DNA of 64,000 nt from Hyphomicrobiaceae bacterium (GCA_020638055.1 JACKJH010000001.1:863520-927519); one strand, 5' to 3'. Positions 8,522 to 18,946 are shown, counted from the stretch's first letter. Translations and numbers: made by a program. The notes: generated by a model from the sequence alone, not told the origin.

Positions 8522-10231
8522 GTGCTGATTTTGGGGCGCTTGGCGCGCGCGGTGATGGTCATTGGCGGCACGGCGATTCTGGTCGCATTGCCGCGGGAGG
8601 ACTATGTGCGCCTGTGGTCGGAGACATTTGCTGTATCCCAGCGGGCCGCAGCCTTGGTCAACACACACATTGTGCGGCCCATAAAAATGTCTGCGACGAG
8701 ACAGTACGCGCAAGACACTCCGGCAGAAGACAAGGCATCAGGGCCGAACCATTATAAAGGCCCCATAGGTGAGGCGAGACCTGCTGCGCAGGCACCAGAT
8801 TCAATAAATGTTTCAAAGCGTGCAAGCATGCTTGATGAGACAGCGCGCGAGAAAATTGGCGAGGTCCGGATCCCTAATGTCGTGCATACGGCGGATGATA
8901 GGGGTGCAGCCCATGCACCCGTTCGTGAAGTTGCTTTGAATGAAAATGAGCACGGCGCTCGAGCCACTGTTGTGCCGGTATCGGATGCAGACCAGGCGAA
9001 GACGAATGCCGTTGCCAGCGCGAGCACGGTCAATGATGCCAGCGGTGATGCAATTGCGAGCGAACCGGCTCTATCCGCCACCGACAAGGTTGTTACGACT
9101 GCAAATGTGGATGGGCATATTGCCGGGCCAAGTTCAGAAATCGGTCTTGTCGCACCAAAACCATACCTAGCCCGCCCGCCTGTGCCGCTGCCAGTCAAAA
9201 GCGAAACGATGGCGGATCACCAGGCGAAAACAAAGGCAGCCGTGGATCCTCGTTTGCCGCCGCTTCCCGTCATCAAGCCGGAGGTTCCCGAAGAACGCAA
9301 ACCGATCCCAGCAAAAATGATCTTCGGGGCGGCCAAGACACCAGCACCGCTGGCGGCACGCGCGATCGGGTTTTATTCGCGTGGCTGCTTGGCGGGTGGA
9401 AAGGCATTGCCGATTGACGGCCCGGCGTGGCAAGCCATGCGCCTATCACGCAACCGCAACTGGGGACATCCCAAGTTGATTGAACTGCTGGAGCGGTTTG
9501 CTGGCGATGTACAAAAATTCGATGGCTGGCCAGGACTGCTGGTGGGCGATATTTCACAGCCGCGCGGCGGGCCGATGTTGACGGGACATGCCAGCCACCA
9601 AGTCGGTCTTGACGCGGATATCTGGTTTACGCCCATGCCGGGGCGCAGACTTTCGCGGCGTGAACGCGAGCGATTGTCTGCGACTTCGATGCTTGATGGT
9701 CCCACGAAAGTGAACCCAAACGTCTTTACGCCCAGTCATGTCAAAGTGGTGAAGCGAGCAGCATCCTATCCTCAAGTCGAGCGGATATTGGTGCACCCGG
9801 CAATCAAGAAGGCACTATGCGAGGCGGCAGGAGATGATCGCGCGTGGCTTGGCAAAGTACGCCCCTACTTCGGTCACTATTACCACTTTCATTTAAGGCT
9901 GAGCTGCCCTGAGGGGTCGTCGAACTGCCGTGCGCAAAAGCCACCGACAGGTGACGATGGCTGCGGCAAAGAGATCGATTACTGGTTCAAGGTGCTGACG
10001 CGGCCAAAGCCCAAGCCGCAACCCAAACCCAAGATGGAAGCAGCAAAGCCACGAAAGCCCAAGCCGGTGGTCACATTGTCGGATATGCCGGAGGAGTGCC
10101 AGGCGGTGCTGGCGTCAGGTGAGGGTACGTTGGTGCAAAACAGAGCTGAACTGATCAAGTCCAGCGTCGCGCAGTCGAAGAAAATCATCGACATTTCGGG
10201 AAAGCCGCGGTCAAAAATCAGACCGCGGTGA
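8522..10231 (+). CDS. mepA: penicillin-insensitive murein endopeptidase (peptidase M74, MepA-like) with a long Ala/Pro-rich N-terminal extension
   Basis: The C-terminal half has GHASHQVGLDADIWF and HYYHFHLRL metal-binding motifs typical of MepA. The first ~270 aa are low complexity. The start codon is uncertain. Confidence 0.65.
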   Translation: MLILGRLARAVMVIGGTAILVALPREDYVRLWSETFAVSQRAAALVNTHIVRPIKMSATRQYAQDTPAEDKASGPNHYKGPIGEARPAAQAPDSINVSKRASMLDETAREKIGEVRIPNVVHTADDRGAAHAPVREVALNENEHGARATVVPVSDADQAKTNAVASASTVNDASGDAIASEPALSATDKVVTTANVDGHIAGPSSEIGLVAPKPYLARPPVPLPVKSETMADHQAKTKAAVDPRLPPLPVIKPEVPEERKPIPAKMIFGAAKTPAPLAARAIGFYSRGCLAGGKALPIDGPAWQAMRLSRNRNWGHPKLIELLERFAGDVQKFDGWPGLLVGDISQPRGGPMLTGHASHQVGLDADIWFTPMPGRRLSRRERERLSATSMLDGPTKVNPNVFTPSHVKVVKRAASYPQVERILVHPAIKKALCEAAGDDRAWLGKVRPYFGHYYHFHLRLSCPEGSSNCRAQKPPTGDDGCGKEIDYWFKVLTRPKPKPQPKPKMEAAKPRKPKPVVTLSDMPEECQAVLASGEGTLVQNRAELIKSSVAQSKKIIDISGKPRSKIRPR

Positions 10232-10239
10232 GCCGTTCT

Positions 10240-10294
10240 AGATCGCGTTCACTTTTCACCGAATCGCGAACGCGATCTATTTTCTTTTATTTTG
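10240..10294 (+). terminator. Rho-independent terminator: an 11-bp stem followed by a T tract
   Basis: agatcgcgttc ... gaacgcgatct followed by attttcttttatttt. A second imperfect hairpin at 10295-10340 may serve the convergent minus-strand gene. Confidence 0.55.
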
Positions 10295-10340
10295 GGCATG
10301 TTCTTCACGCCGAACCGCGTACACTTCGGCTGAACATGCT

Positions 10341-11045
10341 CTAAAGTGCGGGGTCGATGCGGTCGCTGGTCGAGGTGTTGACGCGAAACCAACCGGCTAT
10401 GCCGCGTCGCGTTGCCCGTGAGGGCCTCACCGCATGGGGTATTTCCTCCGACAGCATGAGAACCAGCGTCCCTGCATGTGGCTGCACGGTGATGGCGGGA
10501 ACGCTGGCGTCATCGTTCGTGTTCCAAATGTCGAGTTCACCTCCGTCGCTCATCTGCCACCCCTTATTCAGATAAAGCACGAGTGAAACAATACGGTTTC
10601 GCTCGCCACGCAGGCTGTCCAGGTGGCGCTTGTAAAAGCCACCAGGCGGGTAGGTGAGGAATTGTGCCTCGAATTCGAACAGCCCGAGAAACAAGCGACG
10701 GTTAATCGCAATTCTTAAGTGCTCCGCAAGAGCCAGGAAGGCAGCTTCGCCGTCCGCACTTCCGTCTAGCCAAGCCGCATCGACCTGGCGAATGCGCGTT
10801 TCGCGAATGTGGTGATTGTCGCGGCCGATGGCAGCGCGGTCCATTTCACCGGCCTCTTCGCGCTTTCTGCAATCGGCGACCAACCGGTCTATTAGATTGG
10901 GGATGATTGCGTTGTGGAGGACGGCAAACCCGTTATTTGCGAGGTCGCCCACGAGGCGGTCGGAAAAAGCGGCGTCGAGCGGGGGTGCAAGCATCGGCTT
11001 ACCATTGCGCCGGTATGCTCCGGCCAGCAGACGCCGGACTTGCAA
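10341..11045 (-). CDS. 2OG-Fe(II) oxygenase family protein (prolyl-4-hydroxylase-like)
   Basis: HxD...H arrangement (KRHLD ... HAV) with a double-stranded beta-helix fold pattern. The start may be the internal MLAPPLD. Confidence 0.6.
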   Translation of the reverse strand: MQVRRLLAGAYRRNGKPMLAPPLDAAFSDRLVGDLANNGFAVLHNAIIPNLIDRLVADCRKREEAGEMDRAAIGRDNHHIRETRIRQVDAAWLDGSADGEAAFLALAEHLRIAINRRLFLGLFEFEAQFLTYPPGGFYKRHLDSLRGERNRIVSLVLYLNKGWQMSDGGELDIWNTNDDASVPAITVQPHAGTLVLMLSEEIPHAVRPSRATRRGIAGWFRVNTSTSDRIDPAL

Positions 11046-11199
11046 CGTCGTGTTGCGGTTGGCCCGGAGGATGTGCCTATCTGCGCTGCCTGCGGAAAAG
11101 TTGCCATGCGACAGGCGTACGCAGCCTTTTGTTCGAGCAGAAAGGAGCGCGGGCCGGTATGCATGGTGCCCAGCGGTGTCACGCTGGATTGGAGTTCAC

Positions 11200-11848
11200 G
11201 CTTTCGTCGGCGGAGATTGGACAAGCGACACCGGTCCCGCCCAAGCCGCAATAGCCGTGAGGCACCTTTGCGAGGTACTGCTGATGATAGTCCTCGGCAA
11301 AAAAAGAATTCCGGCGCATCCAGGATTTCCGTGGTTATTGCGCCAAAACCGCGTTGCTGAAGACGTTGTGCGTAGAGCGTTCGTGCATTTTCAGCCGCCT
11401 GATGCTGGGCCGCATCAAAACAATAAATGCCGGACCTGTACTGGGTTCCCATATCATTGCCCTGTCGCATCCCCTGGGTCGGGTCGTGGCTTTCGAAGAA
11501 CGTTTTGAGAAGCTCCTGATAGGAAACTTTGTCTGGCTCGAAGACGACAAGCACAACTTCGTTGTGGCCTGTATATCCCGAGCAAACCTCTTCATATGTG
11601 GGGTTGGGCGTAAATCCAGCCGCGTAGCCGACGGCGGTAATCCAGATCCCGCTACCGAGTTGCCAGAACTTGCGCTCGGCGCCCCAGAAACAACCCAGTC
11701 CGAAGATGGCCGTTTGCGCCCCTTCTGGATAAGGGCCTTTGAGCGGCCTGCCGAAAACATGGTGCTTCAGAGCCGTTGGGATCGGGTCGGGGCGTCCAGG
11801 TAATGCATTTTCAGCAGTCGGCATTAAAGTCTTTTTCTTGAAAAACAT
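11200..11848 (-). pseudogene. msrA: peptide-methionine (S)-S-oxide reductase MsrA with an apparent +1 frameshift in an A7/T7 homopolymer
   Basis: The N-terminal part has GLGCFWGAE. After APEFFF the called frame diverges. Removing one T restores [30 protein letters not shown] with a stop at 11200-11202. The track ORF 10892-11848 is an out-of-frame extension into the neighbouring gene. Confidence 0.7.
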
Positions 11849-12023
11849 GGCGATTGCCTTTCGAATGCCGTTTCGGTCTTCAGACCAGAATATAATGAGC
11901 CGGAATTGTTCGGTCCGCCCTGTTCATGCCTCACTTTTTCGCGAGTATAATTTCATCGGCGGCTGAGGGGGTGTCGAAAGCGGCGGGGGGAAACTGTCCG
12001 CGAAGCCGAGGGGAAACAGTACC

Positions 12024-12842
12024 ATGTCTGACGCCAATGTGGTCCGGCCGGGTGATGAATTTGCTGCCGCCCTGGGGGAGCCAGCACTCCATGAAATGCC
12101 TGAGGTGAGTGCGCCACCGGCCGCCAAAGAGCGCGTGATTTATCGCGCCAGTGGTGGCAGGCGCGTAGCTTTTTCGGTGATTTTTCTATTACTACTGCCA
12201 TTCTTCGTGAGCCTGGGGCCGATGCTCTGGGTGCGGATTACGCACGGCCTTTGGCATGACGCCCTGGGGCTGTCCGTCATTGCGATTGGCTTTGCCATCG
12301 TCATGTTCCTGGTTCTGGTGGAACTGCTGCACTCGGTCCGCTCACGCGTTGAACTGGGTAATACCGCTGTCAGGTTCACGCTGCCGTCGGGCCGGGGCCC
12401 CACGCCAATGTTGCGCTTCAAGACACGGGAAATCGCCTACAAGGATATTGGCAAGATCGAGGTGCGCCGCGAGGTTTATGGTGGGGTGTTGGCGCCAATG
12501 ATGCTGAAGGGCGCACGCATCGTGACGCGTGGCGGAGAGAAATTCCGGCTCGGCTATGTCAACGAAGCCAATGTTGATCCGGCATTTCCATATATTGAAA
12601 TCGGTGAGCGCATTGCGAATAGAGCCGGTGTCGAAATCGTAGACCGGGGCAACGTTCGCCGGTCAATGCCCAAAAAGATGCTTGGAATTGCGGCGAGCGG
12701 GCGTCGAGAGAAACATTCCATCGACGAGATCGAAATGCGTGAACTGAACAAGAAGCACGCACGGCTTATGGGATTTCTCGTTGCCGGTTTGGTGGTCTTG
12801 ATCGGGCTTGGCATTGTGGGCGACATGATGCAGCCAGTGTAG
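12024..12842 (+). CDS. hypothetical membrane protein (two TM, a possible bacterial PH-like domain, C-terminal TM)
   Basis: Hydrophobic segments VAFSVIFLLLLPFFVSLGPMLWV, LGLSVIAIGFAIVMFLVLVELL and LMGFLVAGLVVLIGLGIVG. No recognisable catalytic motif. Confidence 0.4.
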   Translation: MSDANVVRPGDEFAAALGEPALHEMPEVSAPPAAKERVIYRASGGRRVAFSVIFLLLLPFFVSLGPMLWVRITHGLWHDALGLSVIAIGFAIVMFLVLVELLHSVRSRVELGNTAVRFTLPSGRGPTPMLRFKTREIAYKDIGKIEVRREVYGGVLAPMMLKGARIVTRGGEKFRLGYVNEANVDPAFPYIEIGERIANRAGVEIVDRGNVRRSMPKKMLGIAASGRREKHSIDEIEMRELNKKHARLMGFLVAGLVVLIGLGIVGDMMQPV

Positions 12843-12925
12843 GGCTGGTGCCGTTTGCGCTCCGTCCAGTTGGCTGGTCGCATGCCTATGCTGCTCTCTG
12901 ATCTTACGAGCAGGCGGTGCGTTTA

Positions 12926-13294
12926 TCAGTTGACAAAGACGTTGACGACGCGACGGCGCCGCCCGGCTATGCCGCATACGAGCGCAAGCAGGCCAAACAG
13001 AAGATAGGCCGGCAACGCCAGCAGATTTTTTAGCACCGGATCCCAAAACCAAACGCCGATACGTTGCGACACAGCGGTCTTTAAAGCATCGAATGAAGAC
13101 GGCGAGACCTGTTGCCAGTGTGCGGCCGTTGATGTGTGGAGACCATCCTGCGTCATGCCGGCTACGAACAAAACGACGGCCAGCAAGAGCAACGCCGCAG
13201 ACATGAACCGAAGGATTGGGGCCAAAGCGATTGCAATTCGTCGCGGCGCCTGTTTCAAGGCGCGCAACAGGCGCATGAAGATTCTTGTCAACAT
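12926..13294 (-). CDS. small hypothetical membrane protein
   Basis: 122 aa with two or three predicted TM helices. Confidence 0.35.
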   Translation of the reverse strand: MLTRIFMRLLRALKQAPRRIAIALAPILRFMSAALLLLAVVLFVAGMTQDGLHTSTAAHWQQVSPSSFDALKTAVSQRIGVWFWDPVLKNLLALPAYLLFGLLALVCGIAGRRRRVVNVFVN

Positions 13295-13489
13295 AAATGC
13301 CCGATGCCGTATGCCGTTTATGCTTTTCGCCGAGTGAAGATGGTTATTTTACGCCCTAGAGCTTCAACAGGCAATTCCATGCGGCAGTCGTCTTGTGATC
13401 ATCAGCATGTTTTGTTGTGTGTCATCGTAGCGTCCCGATCAGGCCGAAGATTGATTGGGATGCGTTGTGCTCTCATGGCGTAGCGGCAC

Positions 13490-14515
13490 TCAATCCTTGT
13501 AATAGCTGCGATACCAGTCGACGAATGCTTTTATCCCATCTCGCAACTCCGTCTGGGGTCGGTATCCAAAGTCATTTTCCAGGGTGGTGATATCAGCGTA
13601 GGTGGCCTGAACGTCTCCGGGCTGCATCGGCTTCAAGTTCTTGACGGCTTTGCGTCCGATGGCGTCTTCCAGTGTTGCGATAAATTCCATCAGCTCGATG
13701 GGCTGGTTATTGCCGATGTTATAGATCCGGAACGGAGCATAGCTGGTGCCAGGATCTGGATTGGCCGGATCGTAATCTGGATTGGGGGTGGCGGGACGGG
13801 CGGCTACCTTTATGACACCGTCAACAATGTCGTCGATATAGGTGAAGTCGCGCGACATGCGGCCTTCGTTGAAAACGTCGATGGGCTTGCCTTCAAGTAT
13901 TGCCTTTGTGAAAAGCATCGGGGCCATGTCGGGTCGACCCCATGGTCCATAGACGGTAAAAAAGCGCAAGCCGGTGGTGGGCAAACCATACAGATGAGCG
14001 TAGGTGTGGGCCATCAACTCGTTCGCTTTCTTGGTTGCAGCATAAAGACTGACAGGGTGGTCGACGTTGTCATGGACCGAGAATGGCATCTTGACGTTGG
14101 CGCCGTAGACCGAGCTCGATGAAGCGAACACGAGGTGTTCAACGCTATTGTTGCGGCACCCTTCAAGAATGTTGCCAAAAGCAACGAGGTTGGAATCGAT
14201 GTAGGCGGCGGGATTCTGGAGCGAATAACGCACGCCAGCCTGCGCTGCCAGATGTATGACGGTTCCGGGTGGCGTTTGCGCGAAGAGATATTCGACCGCG
14301 TTGCGTTGTGCGAGGTCGAACTCATGAAAAGTGAAGTTTGGGTGACGGATATTTTCCAGGCGCGCGCGTTTCAACGCGGGATCATAGTAGTTGTTGAGGT
14401 TGTCGACGCCAACGACGTGGTGGCCCGTATCGAGCAACGCCTTGACGACATACATGCCGATGAAGCCGGCAGCGCCAGTAACCAGTATGGATCTGATATC
14501 GCCATTGTTTGTCAC
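13490..14515 (-). CDS. NAD-dependent epimerase/dehydratase (UDP-glucuronate 4-epimerase-like)
   Basis: TGAAGFIG Rossmann motif and a YxxxK (YAATKKANE) catalytic motif. 341 aa. Confidence 0.75.
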   Translation of the reverse strand: MTNNGDIRSILVTGAAGFIGMYVVKALLDTGHHVVGVDNLNNYYDPALKRARLENIRHPNFTFHEFDLAQRNAVEYLFAQTPPGTVIHLAAQAGVRYSLQNPAAYIDSNLVAFGNILEGCRNNSVEHLVFASSSSVYGANVKMPFSVHDNVDHPVSLYAATKKANELMAHTYAHLYGLPTTGLRFFTVYGPWGRPDMAPMLFTKAILEGKPIDVFNEGRMSRDFTYIDDIVDGVIKVAARPATPNPDYDPANPDPGTSYAPFRIYNIGNNQPIELMEFIATLEDAIGRKAVKNLKPMQPGDVQATYADITTLENDFGYRPQTELRDGIKAFVDWYRSYYKD

Positions 14516-14682
14516 GGTCGCAATTCCGCTTGTGTTTGAGGATTACAGGGTGTGTTTGAAGGTTCCAGGATGAGGCGGGTTCGCTATTGCGATGGTTCGG
14601 TTTCCATCATCAAATTGAGCGTCCGTTTCGGTATAGCTTCGGCCATCGTTTCGCCCAGACGTGGCATTGCCGCACCCCAGGT

Positions 14683-16143
14683 CTACTTCGTCTCTTCGGG
14701 GGTTCGGTTGTACAAGTCGTGTGTGCGGATGATGTCGTCTTCACCGAGGTAGCTTCCGATCTGCACTTCTATGATTTCCAGCGGCAGTTTTCCTGGGTTT
14801 TCAAGTCGATGCCACTGGGTGGCAAATATGTAAACGCTTTCGTTTTCCCTAACGAGCCTTTCTTCTTCGCCAATTGTCACCAGTGCTGTTCCCTTGACGA
14901 CAATCCAATGTTCCGAACGGTGGTGATGCATTTGCATGGATAGCTTGCCGCCGGGCTTAACGTGGAGAAGCTTGACCTGAAACCGAGGTTCCAACGACAG
15001 CGTTTCAAAATAACCCCATGGTCGAACGCTACGGATGTTTTGTTCGTGCTCCTTGCGGTTCGATCGTTTCAGGTGCTGCACAATCTTTGATACATCCTGT
15101 GCACGACTGCGGTTGGCAACCAGTAGTGCGTCAGCGGTATCGACAATAACGAGATTGTCGACGCCTAGGGTCGTGACAAGGTGGCGTTCTGAGTGGACAT
15201 AGCAATTCTCAGTGTCTTTTAAGATTGCGTCCCCGTGTGTGTAGTTGCCTTGCTGGTCGTGTGGTGCAATTTCCCAAAGTGAAGACCAGGACCCTATATC
15301 GTTCCAACCGACATCGATCGGGAGGACTACTGCGCGAGAGGTTTTTTCCATTACAGCGTAATCGATGGAAATGCTTGGGGAGCTTGCAAAGGGTTCGGCC
15401 GCGAGGCGTTCAAAGCCGATGTCTTCGGTACGTTTTGCGTAGGCGGATTTGGCCGATTCCAGAACCTTTGGCGCAAGGTGTTGAAGTTCATCTATGAACG
15501 TCTGGGCGTGAAGTACAAAAATCCCGCTGTTCCATACATACTCGCGGGTGGAGAGATAGCTCTCCGCCGTCGCCCGGTCCGGCTTTTCGGTGAAGCCGCC
15601 GACCGAGTAGGCGCGTCCCGCGAAACCGTCGAGGACTTCGCCTTGTTTGATGTAGCCATATCCGGTGTGGGGGCTTGATGGCGTTATTCCAAACAGTACG
15701 AGGCGGCCAGTTTGCGCGATGCGCGTAGCCGCACTAACAGTTTCAACAAATTTTGCGTCGTCTTGAACAACATGGTCGGAGGGCATCACGACGATGATCG
15801 CGTCCTGGTGCTCAGACAGGGCTGCGAGCGCGGCGACGGCGATGGCGGGTGCGGTGTTACGCGCGACAGGCTCCAGAATTATTGCTTTGGCATCAAATCC
15901 GGCGCGGTCCATTTCCTCTCTGACGAGGAAACGATGGTCGTTGTTGCACATTATTATGGGAGCGGCAAAACCCTTGTCTGGCGACAGCCTCTTTAACGTG
16001 GCATCGAGCAGGCTGGGATTGCTGCCGTCAAAAAAACGCAGGAACTGTTTGGGGTACATGGCACGCGATAATGGCCAAAGGCGTGTTCCAGAGCCGCCGG
16101 AGAGAATTACGGGAAATATCCTTGAACTGCCGCTCATGTGCAT
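14683..16143 (-). CDS. manC: mannose-1-phosphate guanylyltransferase / mannose-6-phosphate isomerase (type II PMI)
   Basis: N-terminal ILSGGSGTRLWPLSR nucleotidyltransferase motif and a C-terminal cupin. The track ORF extends to 16188. Confidence 0.8.
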   Translation of the reverse strand: MHMSGSSRIFPVILSGGSGTRLWPLSRAMYPKQFLRFFDGSNPSLLDATLKRLSPDKGFAAPIIMCNNDHRFLVREEMDRAGFDAKAIILEPVARNTAPAIAVAALAALSEHQDAIIVVMPSDHVVQDDAKFVETVSAATRIAQTGRLVLFGITPSSPHTGYGYIKQGEVLDGFAGRAYSVGGFTEKPDRATAESYLSTREYVWNSGIFVLHAQTFIDELQHLAPKVLESAKSAYAKRTEDIGFERLAAEPFASSPSISIDYAVMEKTSRAVVLPIDVGWNDIGSWSSLWEIAPHDQQGNYTHGDAILKDTENCYVHSERHLVTTLGVDNLVIVDTADALLVANRSRAQDVSKIVQHLKRSNRKEHEQNIRSVRPWGYFETLSLEPRFQVKLLHVKPGGKLSMQMHHHRSEHWIVVKGTALVTIGEEERLVRENESVYIFATQWHRLENPGKLPLEIIEVQIGSYLGEDDIIRTHDLYNRTPEETK

Positions 16144-16540
16144 CCTGAATTTTTGAGGGGCTTCGTTAGGCAAACCTATGAGAAGCACGCTCGCTAATTT
16201 GTGGTGAGGTTATCCATCAATACCGAGGCCGCAGGTTGGACGGGCTTGGGTGCGTACTATTGCGAATTCGGGGCCCGCTCACATTTCAAAGAATCTCAGG
16301 CGGGATCCAGACATTTGCGGTGCGCACGCGTTGCACGGTGAACGTCGAAAAACGTGAGCTAGACAAGTGCCATGTCGGCGTCAACCCAACAGTGGGCGGA
16401 CCGCAGGATACATGGGGCAGGGAAAAATTTGGAACTAATTGATATCTCATGGTTTCCAGTTGCTCGTTGCCGCAGCGGTGAGGCGCAATTCCGGGCCGAG
16501 CGTGGCGCCCGCACAGCGAGGTTGGCTGGGCAACCTAATT

Positions 16541-16848
16541 GCTAGAGCGCTTTTCGATCCGATGGAATCGGATCAGCGCTCCAGCTTTTTGGTTTGGTCG
16601 CATTTTCTGCGCCGAACCGGTATCCACTTCGTCGGAAAATGCTAGCTTCTTGTTTGGTCGCATTTTCTTCGACGAACTGGCGTCCACTTCGTCGGAAAAT
16701 GCTCTAGTGTTCCGACTCTGACGCTTGGTTCCCTGTCGGGCCCCGACGCGTCAGCCCGGAACCCTAGCATTCTCATTGTTTGTGTTCGGGATTCACGATC
16801 GTTTGACGACCTTCGCCCGGGAATCAAACGTTCGATCCAGAACACTAG
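16541..16848. repeat. composite palindromic repeat cluster: modules C, B, B and A
   Basis: C hairpin agagcgcttttcgatccgatggaatcggatcagcgctc. Two B hairpins cattttcttcgacgaa-ccggtgtccac-ttcgtcggaaaatg. Then the 145-bp A element (16704-16848). Modules abut at CTAG. Confidence 0.8.
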
Positions 16849-17059
16849 ATGATGGACACCGAACTGATGCTCTTTTGCACAGTGCCGATTGCGCGTGGGC
16901 GCGGGGATCACGCCATTTCTATTCGACTGTGCTATGGGCGAGGAATGCCGGCAGCGGCCGGCGCGTCAGCTCGTGTTGGGCCCGCTCGTTTTGGGTCTAC
17001 TCGTTTTGGGTCTGGCCGCTTGGATTGGGTGGAAGGTGAACAGTGCGAGAGGTTTCTTG

Positions 17060-18946
17060 ATGGCAGCGACCGACCCGGTACTGTCGGAAGGTGCGGTGAA
17101 GGGCCGCGCAAGTGCGGTACAAAGGATTTTTACCTGTGGCTCTGCCGGCAGTGGCAAGTCGACGATCGTTGGCAGTGTGTTGAATCTGACGGGACGAACC
17201 CGTGCCGACGACCCGGCAGGGCCGGTGCAGGATTTCAGGATATTTGGTACAGCGGGCAACGATCATGGAGTTCCGGCTATTGAAAATTGGCGCGGTACTG
17301 ACGGGAAAGTGGTCAGCGATAGCGGCATTGATTTCCAATTCTTCTCCAAATCTGGCCGATCTTTCATAGTTTCAGACGTGCCAGGCCATGGAAAACTCAC
17401 CCGCCAATTGGCAGGCAGCGCGTCGCGTTCACAGTTTGCCATTCTTACCGTCAACGCAAGCGAGAGGTTGGCCGGTCAGGCGGAACTTCATGCCAATATT
17501 TGTAGTCTATTGGGGGTGCAACACGTCGTTCTCGCGGTCAACAAGATGGACCTCGTCGACTACGCGCAAAGTGCTTTCGATGACATTGTGGAAGCCTTCC
17601 GCACCTTTTCAGAACCTTTGGGGTTTGCATCGCTGGTGTCTATACCGATGGTTGCGCGAGATGGTGGAAATATCAATTCTGCTTGCGTGCTCATGCCCTG
17701 GTACAAAGGGCCGGACCTGTTGACCTATCTGGATGAGACTGCTGTCGATGCGCCCCTGGCAGCCGGTCCGTTTCGCTTTCCTGTGCAACGCGCGGTTCAG
17801 CTAGAGTCTGGTTTTCGCGGTTATGCAGGCTCAGTTGTCTCGGGGCGCGTGTCGGTCGGTGACAGGATTGTTGCGGCAGTTTCGGGCCGGCCGGGTTCGA
17901 TAACGCGGATCGTTTCGGGCGATGAGTGCCGCGAGCAAGCCGTGAGTGGCGATGACGTGACGCTGGTCTTCGACAAGGCATTCGAGGCGGCCGTTGGTGA
18001 CCTTCTGGTCCCAGCAACGGAGCGACCGGAGGTTTCCGATCAATTTGCTGCGCAGCTTTTGTGGATTGATGAGACGCATTTGCTGCCAGGGCGCTCATAT
18101 GAACTCCGCCTCGGAGAGCAAGCCGTTCCTGCGAGCGTGACGACAATCAAGCACCGGATCGATATCCACACGCGGCAGCAAATGGCGGCGCGGAACCTTG
18201 AAATGAGCGAAATTGGCGTCTGCAATATCGCGACGGCGACGCCGATTGCATTCGATGCCTATTCGGAAAATTCGGAGACTGGTGGATTCATACTTGTCGA
18301 CCGTACGACGCAGGCGACTGTGGCGGCAGGCATGATCATGTTTGGTCTACGGCGTGCAACGAACATCCACGTTGAAGAGCTTTTTGTTGACAAGGCGACC
18401 CGTGCTCAGGCCAAGCAGCAACGCGCCACCGTGATCTGGTTTACCGGGCTGTCAGGCTCTGGCAAATCGACGATTGCCAAGCGCCTTGAAAAGAGGCTCT
18501 ACGAGCTTGGTAAACATACCTATGTGCTCGATGGTGACAACGTTCGTCACGGGCTCAATAATGACCTTGGGTTTACCGATACTGATCGCGTCGAAAACAT
18601 TCGCCGCATAGGTGAGGTGGCCAAGCTCTTTGCGGACGCGGGTTTGATCGTGATGTGTTCGTTTATTTCACCTTTCCGGGCGGAGCGGCGCATGGTGCGT
18701 GAGCTGCTGGAGAGTGATGAGTTCATTGAAGTTTTCGTCGATGCCTCGCTGGAGGAATGCCAGCGTCGCGACCCGAAAGGTTTGTATGCAAAGGCTCTGG
18801 CAGGCAAGGTGAAGAACTTCACTGGTATAGATAGCCCTTATGAACCTCCTGAATTTGCTGACATTCACCTCGTGACTGAGAATGTATCGCCCGACGATGT
18901 CGTCGAGAAGATTGTTGAATATCTGCGAAACAGGGGGCGGGTGTGA
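17060..18946 (+). CDS. bifunctional CysN-like GTPase domain plus adenylyl-sulfate kinase CysC (NodQ-like), with a divergent G domain
   Basis: [10 protein letters not shown]-loop, DVPGH, NKMD, the conserved domains II/III (PFRFPVQ, FRGYAG, GVCNI) and a C-terminal APS-kinase [14 protein letters not shown]...[10 protein letters not shown]. The start is inferred at the internal ATG 17060, which has a gagagg RBS. The track ORF from 16889 adds a hydrophobic extension. Confidence 0.75.
   Translation: MAATDPVLSEGAVKGRASAVQRIFTCGSAGSGKSTIVGSVLNLTGRTRADDPAGPVQDFRIFGTAGNDHGVPAIENWRGTDGKVVSDSGIDFQFFSKSGRSFIVSDVPGHGKLTRQLAGSASRSQFAILTVNASERLAGQAELHANICSLLGVQHVVLAVNKMDLVDYAQSAFDDIVEAFRTFSEPLGFASLVSIPMVARDGGNINSACVLMPWYKGPDLLTYLDETAVDAPLAAGPFRFPVQRAVQLESGFRGYAGSVVSGRVSVGDRIVAAVSGRPGSITRIVSGDECREQAVSGDDVTLVFDKAFEAAVGDLLVPATERPEVSDQFAAQLLWIDETHLLPGRSYELRLGEQAVPASVTTIKHRIDIHTRQQMAARNLEMSEIGVCNIATATPIAFDAYSENSETGGFILVDRTTQATVAAGMIMFGLRRATNIHVEELFVDKATRAQAKQQRATVIWFTGLSGSGKSTIAKRLEKRLYELGKHTYVLDGDNVRHGLNNDLGFTDTDRVENIRRIGEVAKLFADAGLIVMCSFISPFRAERRMVRELLESDEFIEVFVDASLEECQRRDPKGLYAKALAGKVKNFTGIDSPYEPPEFADIHLVTENVSPDDVVEKIVEYLRNRGRV

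Noticed and set aside
10892-11848. 318-aa ORF-track call looking like a long MsrA fusion
   Set aside because: Everything after residue ~187 is an out-of-frame run through the antisense of the 2OG-oxygenase gene, caused by the homopolymer frameshift. The corrected MsrA ends at 11200.
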